From: a virus
Lineage: Duplodnaviria > Heunggongvirae > Uroviricota > Caudoviricetes
IMG/VR virus record: IMGVR_UViG_2718218098_000004
Direction: 5' to 3' (one strand)
Length of the DNA stretch: 37,506 bases
The translations under genes were made by a program, and so were the position numbers. This document shows positions 28,210 to 36,455 of the stretch, piece after piece (positions within the stretch are counted from its first letter, which is position 1; the number at the start of each line of letters is the position of its first letter). The notes under the pieces are model-generated. The model saw nothing but the letters and a program-made list of their open reading frames with translations, was not told the DNA's origin and did no database searches.

Positions 28210-28773
28210 ACTGAGTTTAACCAAACAGGAGGTGCCGTAATGGTGCACTAACGCGGTTAGACCGCAGCCGAAAGGCAATGCAGCAGTAATGATGCTGCCC
28301 CGAGTCGCGTAATGGCGAGCAGGTTTAGCAGGCCGATGTGAGGGTAAATAAGGGAACATGCTCCGGAAAGGCAGCGCGAATGCCAGACGCGCACCGGTTA
28401 TCAGCGGCTAATAAGCGACAGAGACTCAAGGGCATGAGCGCGCTCACTGCGAGAGTGTGAGTCAAATAGTAGTTGGCTTTGGGGTGACGTGAAGTGCAGC
28501 TGCACGACGGCAACCGGAAGATAAGCACCCGGCGCGTCACCGCCAAAGTCAATTCCATAGGCGTTATGCAGCCGCCACCATATTCAAGAAAGCTGCACAA
28601 GAGGTAGGAGGATTTATGTGAATGCATAACTTCAAAACCGAGGTTAATTAAATCTCTCGATCCGAGCATCAACCTATTAGGTGGCGAGATGCTCTTTCTG
28701 CCCCTCAGTTCGAGGGGCCAGAAACCACTTTGCAATCACTATCAATTCCAAAGTTGTTTCATCGGAGGTCAAC

Positions 28774-29073
28774 ATGACAGTAGTCATTACATATCTGGCT
28801 GACGATAACGCCAGAAATCGCCGCAGAGCACGCAGACAGGCTCAACGTGAACAGACGATGCAAGAGCAGCGACTGGCGCGAAAAATTGCGCTAAAGCTCT
28901 CTGGTTGCGTCAGAGCAGATAAAGCAGCATCACTCGGAAGCCTTTGCTGCAAGAAGAAAGAAGAAGTCGAGCGTAAACAGAACCGTATTTACTACCGCAA
29001 GCCACGCAGTGAAATGGGGGTGACTTGTGTTGGTCGCCAGAAAATGAAATTAGGCAGCAAACCACTTATTTGA
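28774..29073 (+). CDS. N: N-family transcription antiterminator (99 aa) with arginine-rich motif
   Basis: N-terminal NARNRRRARRQAQREQ; C-terminal RKQNRIYYRKPRSEMGVTCVGRQKMKLGSKPLI resembles lambda / phage 21 N; GGAGG 5 nt before the ATG at 28774. Confidence 0.85.
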   Translation: MTVVITYLADDNARNRRRARRQAQREQTMQEQRLARKIALKLSGCVRADKAASLGSLCCKKKEEVERKQNRIYYRKPRSEMGVTCVGRQKMKLGSKPLI

Positions 29074-29083
29074 GGACTGATAT

Positions 29084-29326
29084 ATGAGAGTAAAATTTAT
29101 GGGCGCAAGCCCATTAAGCGGTCGTATTTTTCAAGGAACATTAAACACTGAAAAAGGAATGTGGGTGGGAAAGAAAGAAGATGTCACCGAGCAAGCAGTT
29201 AAGGCAGTAGCCGAACACATGATGATAAAAGAACAGAAATATGCATACGAAACGAAGGATGGAAAATGGCTGATAATAAGTCATCAAATAGTTGATAAAT
29301 TACCAGAAGAGTTTGTTGATGGTTAA
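29084..29326 (+). CDS. Hypothetical protein (80 aa) directly after N
   Basis: GAGGA upstream of ATG; no family recognised. Confidence 0.5.
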   Translation: MRVKFMGASPLSGRIFQGTLNTEKGMWVGKKEDVTEQAVKAVAEHMMIKEQKYAYETKDGKWLIISHQIVDKLPEEFVDG

Positions 29327-29454
29327 ATTTGCTTTGGAATAAGCAACAGAATAAACACTGCACTGTGTATTCATTCCAACGAGTGAATACACGGAGCAAT
29401 GTCGCTCGTAACTAAACAGGAGCCGACTTGTTCTGATTATTGGAAATCTTCTTT

Positions 29455-29481
29455 GCCCTCCAGTGTGAGGGCAATTTTTTT
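29455..29481 (+). terminator. tL1-like intrinsic terminator between the 80-aa and 322-aa genes
   Basis: Stem GCCCTC/GAGGGC with loop CAGTGT followed by AATTTTTTT. Confidence 0.65.
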
Positions 29482-29493
29482 GATGGAGGATAT

Positions 29494-30462
29494 ATGAGTG
29501 AAGTAACAGATTTAGTTGTTATTGAAAAAGCAAATGCAATGACTGTATTTCAGTCTGCCGACCAGATTGAAGAAATCCTTCAAAAGGTTGAACGTGAAGT
29601 TATGTCCTTTGTGCCTGATATCACAACGGCAAAGGGCAGAAAGGAGATCGCTTCTCTGGCGTATAAAGTTGCGCAGACGAAAACATATCTCGATGGTCTT
29701 GGCAAAGACCTTGTTGCTGAACTGAAGGAAATTCCAAAGCTAATTGATGCTAACCGCAAGACAGTGCGTGATCGCCTTGATGAGCTGAAAGCCAAGGCGC
29801 GCCAGCCTCTTACTGATTATGAGGAAGAACAGGCGCGGATTAAAGCCGAAGAAGAAGCTAAGGCAGCAGCTGAAGCTCTCGCAAAGCAAATTGAGTCTGA
29901 CCATGAAATAGCGATTTTGATGGATCGCGAATTTGACCGCCAAAGAGAAGAGGCAAGACTCAAAGCGGAGCAGGAAAAGCGAGAGCATGAAGAACGCTTA
30001 AAAAGAGAAGCTGAAGAGAAAGCCAGAGCAGAAGCCGAAGCAAAGGCAAAAGCCGAAATTGAAGCAGCAGCAAGGCGAGAAGCAGAAGCTAAGGCCGCAG
30101 CGGAACGTGCAGAGCGTGAACGCATTGAAGCCGAGCAACGAGCACAGCGCGAAGCAAAAGAGGCAGCAGAACGAGCTGAAAGAGAAAAGCAGGCAGCAAT
30201 TGAAGCAGAACGCAGAAAAGCACAGGAGGAGGCTGAACGAATCCGTCGCGAGGCTGAAGCAAAAGAGCAAGCCAGAATAGCAGAAGAAAAAAGAATCAAG
30301 GACGAAGAAGAGCGTAGAGCAAAGGATAAAGCTCACCGGAAAGAAGTAAATAACAAAATACTTGCTGACCTTATCAAGGTTGGTGCATCAGAAGATGTTG
30401 CTAAAAATATCATAACAGCCATCGTAAAAGGCGAAGTATTCGCAACAAAAATAACCTACTAA
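29494..30462 (+). CDS. Hypothetical protein (322 aa) with a long E/R/K/A-rich helical central region
   Basis: GGAGGA before the ATG at 29494; central segment is a highly charged repeat (AEAKAKAEIEAAARREAEAK...) typical of a single alpha helix or coiled coil; globular N- and C-terminal regions unrecognised. Confidence 0.6.
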   Translation: MSEVTDLVVIEKANAMTVFQSADQIEEILQKVEREVMSFVPDITTAKGRKEIASLAYKVAQTKTYLDGLGKDLVAELKEIPKLIDANRKTVRDRLDELKAKARQPLTDYEEEQARIKAEEEAKAAAEALAKQIESDHEIAILMDREFDRQREEARLKAEQEKREHEERLKREAEEKARAEAEAKAKAEIEAAARREAEAKAAAERAERERIEAEQRAQREAKEAAERAEREKQAAIEAERRKAQEEAERIRREAEAKEQARIAEEKRIKDEEERRAKDKAHRKEVNNKILADLIKVGASEDVAKNIITAIVKGEVFATKITY

Positions 30463-30486
30463 TAAAACCAACATAAGGAACCACCC

Positions 30487-30618
30487 ATGATTTACGCAAT
30501 CGCGGGAGGCGCTCGCATGGGTGCCTTCCAATTAAATGAATCTTTACTTGAACGAGTCACCCGTAAATTACGTGACGGATGGAAAAGAGTTGAGGTCTTA
30601 TTATGCGCAATGAAATAG
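30487..30618 (+). CDS. cIII: CIII-like FtsH inhibitor (43 aa)
   Basis: MIYAIAGG...ESLLERVTRKLRDGWKR resembles the lambda/P22 CIII core amphipathic helix; below track cutoff; C-terminus shorter than lambda CIII. Confidence 0.7.
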   Translation: MIYAIAGGARMGAFQLNESLLERVTRKLRDGWKRVEVLLCAMK

Positions 30619-30755
30619 CCATTAATCACCAGATGCTTCGTGCTGCACAAAACAAAGCAGTAATAGCCCGATTTATTGGTGATTCCAAAATGTGGCTTGA
30701 AGCAAATAAAGCGATGAAATCAGCTATCAACCTTCCGTGGTATCGCAGGAAATGA
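30603..30755 (+). CDS. kil: Kil-like small protein (50 aa)
   Basis: Position after cIII and motif ARFIGDSKM resembling lambda Kil as recalled; GAGG upstream. Confidence 0.5.
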   Translation: MRNEIAINHQMLRAAQNKAVIARFIGDSKMWLEANKAMKSAINLPWYRRK

Positions 30756-30922
30756 GTTTTACAGATAACTGGTCAGACGAAGAATTCATTCGTCAGATGA
30801 AAGATTTAATCGGTAACGAAGGAGATATGCATGTCACTTGCAACCACAGTGAAGGAGAGCAAGTTACAGAGACGCATGTACACGCAGCAGGCGTTAATGT
30901 ATCGCCAGAAGGGAGATCGTGA
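30752..30922 (+). CDS. Candidate small ORF (56 aa, acidic)
   Basis: ATGA overlap with the kil stop; overlaps the next candidate ORF in a different frame. Confidence 0.3.
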   Translation: MSFTDNWSDEEFIRQMKDLIGNEGDMHVTCNHSEGEQVTETHVHAAGVNVSPEGRS

Positions 30923-31001
30923 AGGTGTTCGCGTATTTTTAAATGCGGCAAAGACTGAAGTATTAAATCAGCGTTATTTCCTTGGGCCATGTCCATTCTG
31001 A
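30831..31001 (+). CDS. Candidate small ORF (56 aa, basic)
   Basis: AAGGAG 5 nt before the ATG at 30831; ends 8 nt before the Erf-like gene. Confidence 0.35.
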   Translation: MSLATTVKESKLQRRMYTQQALMYRQKGDREGVRVFLNAAKTEVLNQRYFLGPCPF

Positions 31002-31009
31002 GGTGAATT

Positions 31010-31717
31010 ATGAATTTGAATAAATTCGATGAGCCATTCAGCCCTGAAGATATCGAATGGCGAATACAGCAAAGCGGTAAAACACGCGATGGAAAGGTGT
31101 GGGCTATGGTGCTGGCTTATGTCACGAACAGGGCAATCATGAAACGCCTGGACGATGTTTGCGGCAAAGCAGGATGGCGCAATGAATACCGCGATATTCC
31201 CAACCACGGCGGAGTTGAATGCGGCATATCAATCAAGATTGATTCCGAATGGGTAACCAAATGGGATGCTGCTGAAAACACGCAGGTAGAAGCCGTCAAA
31301 GGTGGTCGTTCCGGTGCAATGAAGCGCGCAGCCGTTCAGTGGGGAATCGGTCGGTATCTGTATAACATTGAGGAAGGTTTCGCACAAACATCTCTCGATA
31401 AAAAGCAGGGATGGCACAGGGCAAAACTCAAGGATGGAACAGGATTTTACTGGCTCCCTCCATCGCTGCCGGGATGGGCAATCCCAGCATCAGATAACAA
31501 ACCATCACCAGAAAATACCAACCAGAAATCTCCATCGGTTGACTGCGAGCAAATACTGAAAGACTTCAGCGATTATGCGTCAACAGAAACTGACAAGAAA
31601 AAACTCATCGAGCGTTATCAGCGTGACTGGCAATTAATGGCTGGCAACGAGGAGGCGCAGGCTAAATGCGTTCAGGTAATGAACATCAGAGTTAACGAAC
31701 TAAAACAGGCGGCATAA
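31010..31717 (+). CDS. Single-strand annealing protein: Rad52/Sak-like N-terminal domain with P22 Erf-like C-terminal domain
   Basis: N-terminal region carries the Rad52-type KRAAVQWGIGRYLY motif; C-terminal SVDCEQILKDFSDYASTETDKKKLIERYQRDWQL...CVQVMNIRVNELKQAA resembles the P22 Erf C-terminus as recalled. Confidence 0.8.
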   Translation: MNLNKFDEPFSPEDIEWRIQQSGKTRDGKVWAMVLAYVTNRAIMKRLDDVCGKAGWRNEYRDIPNHGGVECGISIKIDSEWVTKWDAAENTQVEAVKGGRSGAMKRAAVQWGIGRYLYNIEEGFAQTSLDKKQGWHRAKLKDGTGFYWLPPSLPGWAIPASDNKPSPENTNQKSPSVDCEQILKDFSDYASTETDKKKLIERYQRDWQLMAGNEEAQAKCVQVMNIRVNELKQAA

Positions 31718-32185
31718 ATGTCTCACTTGGACGGAATTATTAAAAGATTCGAGTCCAGCTACAAAGTTAATGAAACAACAGGTTGCTGGGAGTCTACCTA
31801 TTCAAAAAACAAAGGAGGATACACAAAATTTGTAGCCTTTGGCGTAACAATGCTTTCTCATCGGGTTGCTTTTGAGCTTTATCACTCCCCCATCCCATCT
31901 GGGAAGATGGTTTGCCACAAATGCGATAACCCATGCTGCGTTAATCCTGAACATCTCTTTTTAGGTAGCGCGCAAGAAAACATGGACGACAAGATAGCAA
32001 AAGGAAGGCATCGTGGAGCCAAAAAAGGTCATGCTCATCATGGTGCAAAATTAACAGAGTGGCAGGTTATAGAAATTAGGAAAAGACTCTCTGAAAAAGA
32101 GAGTCAGTACAAGATAGCAAAAGACATGGGTGTATCTCAATCAATTATAAGCAACATAAAAACTGGCAAGAGGTGGAGCAAATGA
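31718..32185 (+). CDS. HNH endonuclease with C-terminal HTH-like region
   Basis: HNH core [27 protein letters not shown]; ATGA-coupled on both sides. Confidence 0.8.
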   Translation: MSHLDGIIKRFESSYKVNETTGCWESTYSKNKGGYTKFVAFGVTMLSHRVAFELYHSPIPSGKMVCHKCDNPCCVNPEHLFLGSAQENMDDKIAKGRHRGAKKGHAHHGAKLTEWQVIEIRKRLSEKESQYKIAKDMGVSQSIISNIKTGKRWSK

Positions 32186-32697
32186 GTTCTCGCGGGATAA
32201 ATAAGGTGATCATTATTGGTCGCCTTGGGCATGATCCAGAAATCAGATATTCACCATCAGGAACGGCATTTGCAAACCTTACAGTTGCTACGTCAGAACA
32301 ATGGCGTGATAAGCAAACTGGAGAGCAAAAGGAGCAGACGGAGTGGCACCGCGTGGTAATGAGCGGGAAGCTGGCAGAAATTGCCAGCGAATATCTGCGA
32401 AAAGGCTCTGAGGTTTATCTTGAAGGCAAATTGCGGACAAGAAAATGGCAGGATCAAAGCGGACAGGATCGGTTCACTACCGAAGTTATCGTAGGCGTTG
32501 GTGGAACCATGCAAATGCTTGGTGGCAAGCAAGGAAGCAATGAACAGTCTTCACCTCAGCGAAATAACGGCCAGCAACAAAGACAGCAATCTCAGCAGCA
32601 TGGGAATTACGGCGAACCACCTATGAACTTCGACGATGAAATCCCCTTTGCACCAGTAACTCTCCCCTTCCCTCGTCACGCTATTCACGCAATTTAA
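32182..32697 (+). CDS. ssb: Single-stranded DNA-binding protein with a 15-residue extension after the DDEIPF tip
   Basis: OB-fold region near-collinear with E. coli SSB ([15 protein letters not shown]...TEWHRVV...[27 protein letters not shown]); start at ATG 32182 preceded by GAGGTGGAG. Confidence 0.9.
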   Translation: MSSRGINKVIIIGRLGHDPEIRYSPSGTAFANLTVATSEQWRDKQTGEQKEQTEWHRVVMSGKLAEIASEYLRKGSEVYLEGKLRTRKWQDQSGQDRFTTEVIVGVGGTMQMLGGKQGSNEQSSPQRNNGQQQRQQSQQHGNYGEPPMNFDDEIPFAPVTLPFPRHAIHAI

Positions 32698-32705
32698 GGA
32701 CTTAC

Positions 32706-33254
32706 ATGAATCACTTGATGGTTGACCTTGAAACAATGGGCAACGGGCCATACGCGCCAGTTATTTCTATTGGGGCGGTATTCTTTGACCCGAATACCGG
32801 AGAAACAGGAGAAGAGTTCTCGGTAAATATCTCGCTTGAATCATCAATGCGATATCGAGCGCGTCCTGACGCTTCAACGATTTTATGGTGGCTGGAACAG
32901 AGTGAAGAAGCCAGAAAATCGCTAACCAGCAACACTCAGGAGCTTTCAACGGCTCTTTCATGGTTATCTGAATTCATCATAAAGAACGCTAACCACAAAT
33001 TCGTTCAGGTTTGGGGGAATGGAGCATCATTTGACTGCGTTATTCTCCGAAACAGTTATTCGCTGACAGGGCAGCCAGTTCCGTGGCAGTGGTGGAATGA
33101 CCGCGACGTAAGAACAATCGTCGAACTTGGGAAGGTAATAGGATTCGACCCTAAGCGAGATATGCCATTCAAAGGAACTCGCCACAACGCGCTTGATGAT
33201 GCCATTCACCAAGCCAAATACGTTTCAGCGATCTGGAAAAAGTTAGCTAAATAA
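32706..33254 (+). CDS. DnaQ-like 3'-5' exonuclease (DEDDh family)
   Basis: Exo motifs VDLETMG and HNALDDA; AAGGA upstream. Confidence 0.75.
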   Translation: MNHLMVDLETMGNGPYAPVISIGAVFFDPNTGETGEEFSVNISLESSMRYRARPDASTILWWLEQSEEARKSLTSNTQELSTALSWLSEFIIKNANHKFVQVWGNGASFDCVILRNSYSLTGQPVPWQWWNDRDVRTIVELGKVIGFDPKRDMPFKGTRHNALDDAIHQAKYVSAIWKKLAK

Positions 33255-33270
33255 TCAACAGGAGAAAACC

Positions 33271-33567
33271 ATGCCAGCGCCTCTGTATGGTGCGGATGAC
33301 GCGCGCCGCTGTTCCGGCAATTCCGTATCGGAGGTGCTGGATAAATTCAGAAAAAACTACGATCGGATAATGTCGCTACCGCAGGAAACGAAAGAGGAAA
33401 AGGAGTTTCGCCACTGCATATGGCTTGCAGAGAAAGAAGAACGCGAGCGAATTTACCAGACATCAATCCGACCATTCCGCAAAGCCACATACACCCACTT
33501 CCCTGAATATATCGACCCGCGCCTGCGTAATTACCGCTCACGCTATGGCGCTATCAGTAATGACTGA
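33271..33567 (+). CDS. Hypothetical protein (98 aa)
   Basis: AGGAG upstream; no family recognised. Confidence 0.5.
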   Translation: MPAPLYGADDARRCSGNSVSEVLDKFRKNYDRIMSLPQETKEEKEFRHCIWLAEKEERERIYQTSIRPFRKATYTHFPEYIDPRLRNYRSRYGAISND

Positions 33568-33577
33568 GGAATTTACC

Positions 33578-33742
33578 ATGAGAGGACTTGCATACAATCC
33601 CGGCATTCTTCCGGCAGAAATGATTATTCGCCAACGCGTAAAGCCAATGCCATCGAGAGAGGAATTGCTTAAGAGAAATTCTTTTCCATCAGTAAATCAA
33701 AACAAATATCTGAATGCGATGTGGCGGAGTGGGAAGAAATGA
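33578..33742 (+). CDS. Hypothetical small protein (54 aa)
   Basis: GAGGAA 6 nt before the ATG at 33578; ATGA overlap with the next gene. Confidence 0.4.
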   Translation: MRGLAYNPGILPAEMIIRQRVKPMPSREELLKRNSFPSVNQNKYLNAMWRSGKK

Positions 33743-34281
33743 AACAAATGTCACTAATTGAGATGGATGGATTTCTGAAAGGTAAATGCATCCCACGAGA
33801 TTTAAAGGTTAACGAAACAAACGCTGAATATCTGGTGCGTAAATTTGCTGAAGCGGAGGCCAAGATTTCAGCTCTGTCCGAGGACCAACAGAAAGCGATT
33901 GAGTCAATTAAGCAGGCTGATGCAGCTGTTAAGTTGGCACACGAGAAGTTTTCGGCGCTGGCGGCGGAGAATGCGGGGCTGAAACACGCAATGGCCGTAA
34001 CTCTTGAGCATGTGTCGGTCACGGATGCAGGGCAGGCCGGAGTTGCTGCAATGATTATCAACGATGCCCTGCACCACAGCGAAAACCCAGCCACCGATGC
34101 TTTCATGGCTGAAGTACGGGCCAGCGAACTTGATAGCTTGGCTGGCTTGGCTGAAACAATGTTGGTCAAATTCTCCAATCAGCAGTGCTCATCTGATATG
34201 CATGAGGTTGTTGGCTGGAAGATGGTTCTCCAGCAGGCCAATAATCGCGCCGCCCAGCTTCGCAAAGGAGGCAACCAGTGA
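33739..34281 (+). CDS. Hypothetical protein (180 aa), helical
   Basis: Start at the ATG overlapping the upstream stop; no family recognised. Confidence 0.55.
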   Translation: MKQMSLIEMDGFLKGKCIPRDLKVNETNAEYLVRKFAEAEAKISALSEDQQKAIESIKQADAAVKLAHEKFSALAAENAGLKHAMAVTLEHVSVTDAGQAGVAAMIINDALHHSENPATDAFMAEVRASELDSLAGLAETMLVKFSNQQCSSDMHEVVGWKMVLQQANNRAAQLRKGGNQ

Positions 34282-34577
34282 GTGTATATCTCATTGATAA
34301 ACGCCGACGTGGGCAACAAATACCACCTGTAGGAATTCCGAATCACACATGGTTTTGCGTACTTGATATCGGTGGCATGGATAAGTTTGTTGACACTCGT
34401 CATTACTGCGATACCGCAACAGCTACTCCGGCGAAAGCAAAGAAAATGGCTGCTCTGATAGAAAACTGGACTCCACCTGATGGTTGGTGCAATGGGAATG
34501 ATCGAGATTGGCACGAAAAAATGAAGGGCTATATCTGCGATTTTTTACGTAAATGCAACGGATTCAGGGTGATGTGA
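34278..34577 (+). CDS. Hypothetical Cys-containing protein (99 aa, GTG start)
   Basis: AAGGAGG 7 nt before the GTG; GTGA overlap with the upstream stop. Confidence 0.5.
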   Translation: MSVYLIDKRRRGQQIPPVGIPNHTWFCVLDIGGMDKFVDTRHYCDTATATPAKAKKMAALIENWTPPDGWCNGNDRDWHEKMKGYICDFLRKCNGFRVM

Positions 34578-34578
34578 C

Positions 34579-35277
34579 ATGAGCAATATTGACTATCAGT
34601 CACTGCGTGAAAAGGCAGAGAAAGCAACGTGTGGTGTGTGGTCGCTCGAATATGGAGAGGAGAGATTTGATGCTGGTGATGCGCTAATTCATCGTGAAGT
34701 TGTTGGATATCTTCCCATTTGCAGAATTGAAGGAGCGCATCCTGAAAGCGGTTTCGATGAAGATTTCCAAATGGAACAGCAGGCCAATGCTGAATTCATC
34801 GCTGCAGCCAATCCGGCTACTGTGCTGGCACTGCTGGATGAACGGGAAAGAAACCAGCAATACATCAAAAGCCGTGATCAGGAGAACGAGGATATTGCGC
34901 TTACGGTAGGGAAGCTGCTAATCGAAAACGGCCGGCTTGTTGCCGATACGCTACGCCACTTAGCTGATAACGAAATCGACTCTGATTATTTTGCTATCAC
35001 CTCAACGAATGAGAACGGTACTGAAATTGATCATGAGATGGCTATTACCGATTACGCACTGCAAGCTGCCGGAACTGTAGACGAATTGGTTGCGGCGTTG
35101 GAATCCGCAGAGAAGCGCATTGCAGAACTGGAAGCACGGGAAATATCGCTCCCAGAACGTAGCAGCATGCTTCATCGAACAGATTTTCACGAGGATTACC
35201 AAACGGTAATGGCATACAAAGTTTCTGAAGTCATCGATGCAATCCGCGCTACTGGCATTCGCATCAAAGGAGAGTGA
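34579..35277 (+). CDS. Ead/Ea22-like early protein
   Basis: N-terminus MSNIDYQSLREKAEKATCGVWSLEYGEERFDAG resembles Ead/Ea22-like proteins of enterobacterial prophages as recalled. Confidence 0.6.
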   Translation: MSNIDYQSLREKAEKATCGVWSLEYGEERFDAGDALIHREVVGYLPICRIEGAHPESGFDEDFQMEQQANAEFIAAANPATVLALLDERERNQQYIKSRDQENEDIALTVGKLLIENGRLVADTLRHLADNEIDSDYFAITSTNENGTEIDHEMAITDYALQAAGTVDELVAALESAEKRIAELEAREISLPERSSMLHRTDFHEDYQTVMAYKVSEVIDAIRATGIRIKGE

Positions 35278-35278
35278 T

Positions 35279-35929
35279 ATGAGCACTATCACTAAAGAAC
35301 GTATCGAATTGTTCATTAAATCCCCGCTTGAAAACGGGCTTACTCGTGGCGAACAAATGGAACTGGCACGAATTGCACTGGCATCACTGGAACGCGAACT
35401 GATTCGCCACGAGCATGCCAAATGGTCTGACTCCACATTTGGCTGCGTTGGCCCCATTGGTCCACTGAAACACCTCTCAAAAGAGGCCCTGGAAGCCGCA
35501 GCCGAACCTGACGATCTCAGCGAGTGGGCTGATATGCAGTTCCTGTTGTGGGATGCACAGCGCCGTGCTGGCATCAGCGATGCTGAAATTAACGTTGCTA
35601 TGGAAGATAAATTGAAGATCAACATGGAGCGCCAGTGGCCTGAGCCAAAAGATGGTGAGCCTCGCTTGCACATTAAAGAACCCGGCAACTCTCCGGTAAC
35701 TCCGGATGGTTGGATAAGCTGTAGTGATCGAATGCCTGAAAAGGGCCAGAACGTGCTTATTTCGGTGAATTTCGATAGCTCTCTGGTTGAACCGCTAATA
35801 TGCTCCGCACGCTATACAGGAAGCACATTCCGGCGAGGAGAAGCAACGATTAAGCCGGGTAATGGTATTGAGCAGGCAACTCACTGGATGCCTCTACCAG
35901 AACCGCCTCAGGAGGTTAACCGTGGCTAA
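35279..35929 (+). CDS. DUF551-domain protein (216 aa)
   Basis: C-terminal ATHWMPLPEPP motif; start at ATG 35279 preceded by GGAGAG. Confidence 0.6.
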   Translation: MSTITKERIELFIKSPLENGLTRGEQMELARIALASLERELIRHEHAKWSDSTFGCVGPIGPLKHLSKEALEAAAEPDDLSEWADMQFLLWDAQRRAGISDAEINVAMEDKLKINMERQWPEPKDGEPRLHIKEPGNSPVTPDGWISCSDRMPEKGQNVLISVNFDSSLVEPLICSARYTGSTFRRGEATIKPGNGIEQATHWMPLPEPPQEVNRG

Positions 35930-35961
35930 CCTGCAACTTGCCGTTAAAGGTGAATAACAAT

Positions 35962-35988
35962 CCTCGCACTCGCGGGGATTTCTTTTAT
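35962..35988 (+). terminator. Terminator-like hairpin after the DUF551 gene
   Basis: Stem CCUCGC/GCGGGG (one G-U) with loop ACUC followed by AUUUCUUUUAUCU. Confidence 0.45.
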
Positions 35989-36029
35989 CTGAACTCGCTA
36001 CGGCGGGTTTTGTTTTATGGAGATGATAA

Positions 36030-36197
36030 ATGCACTTCCGAGTCACAGGTGAATGGAATGGAGAGCCATTCGACAGGGTTATCGAAGCAGAGGACATCAA
36101 CGACTGCTATAACCACTGGATGATATGGGCGCAGATAGCGCATGCAGACGTAACCAATATTCGAATTGAAGAACTGAAAGAACACCAAACCGCCTGA
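36030..36197 (+). CDS. Candidate small ORF (55 aa)
   Basis: GGAGATG upstream of ATG; stop codon lies in the loop of the strong terminator at 36188-36212; looks more protein-like than the overlapping track ORF 35938-36123. Confidence 0.35.
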   Translation: MHFRVTGEWNGEPFDRVIEAEDINDCYNHWMIWAQIAHADVTNIRIEELKEHQTA

Positions 36198-36212
36198 TGG
36201 CGGTTTTTTCTT
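36188..36212 (+). terminator. Strong intrinsic terminator at the end of the early-left operon, upstream of xis
   Basis: Stem AACCGCC/GGCGGUU (7 bp) with loop UGAU followed by UUUUUCUU. Confidence 0.8.
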
Positions 36213-36236
36213 GCGTGTAATTGCGGAGACTTTGCG

Positions 36237-36455
36237 ATGTACTTGACACTTCAGGAGTGGAACGCACGCCAGCGACGTCCAAGAAGCCTTGAAACAGTTC
36301 GTCGATGGGTTCGGGAATGCAGGATATTCCCACCTCCGGTTAAGGATGGAAGAGAGTATCTGTTCCACGAATCAGCGGTAAAAGTTGACTTAAATCGACC
36401 AGTAACAGGTAGCCTTTTGAAGAGGATCAGAAATGGGAAGAAGGCGAAGTCATGA
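36237..36455 (+). CDS. xis: Excisionase (lambda Xis-like)
   Basis: 72 aa, near-identical to lambda Xis as recalled. Confidence 0.9.
   Translation: MYLTLQEWNARQRRPRSLETVRRWVRECRIFPPPVKDGREYLFHESAVKVDLNRPVTGSLLKRIRNGKKAKS

Noticed and set aside
28174-28735. Track ORFs 28174-28359 and 28325-28735 on the minus strand as protein-coding genes
   Set aside because: Cys/Arg/Ser-rich, no start context, and they run against PL transcription; the interval is better explained as structured non-coding leader
29817-30336. Track ORFs 29817-30299 and 29998-30336 on the minus strand (160 and 112 aa)
   Set aside because: They are antisense to the E/R/K-rich repeat of the 322-aa gene and have Ser/Ala/Cys/Phe low-complexity compositions with no start context; they are artefacts of the purine-rich repeat
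33669-34178. Track ORF of 169 aa on the minus strand
   Set aside because: Antisense to the 180-aa plus-strand gene, Ser/Ala-rich low-complexity translation, breaks the uniform plus-strand operon
35002-35688. Track ORF of 228 aa on the minus strand
   Set aside because: Antisense to the Ead/Ea22-like and DUF551 genes, Ser/Arg/Cys-rich, no SD; the plus-strand genes have recognisable motifs and coupling
35938-36123. Track ORF of 61 aa (MPLKVNNNPRTRGDFF...)
   Set aside because: Poor start context and overlaps the terminator-like hairpin; the alternative frame 36030-36197 has an SD and more protein-like composition
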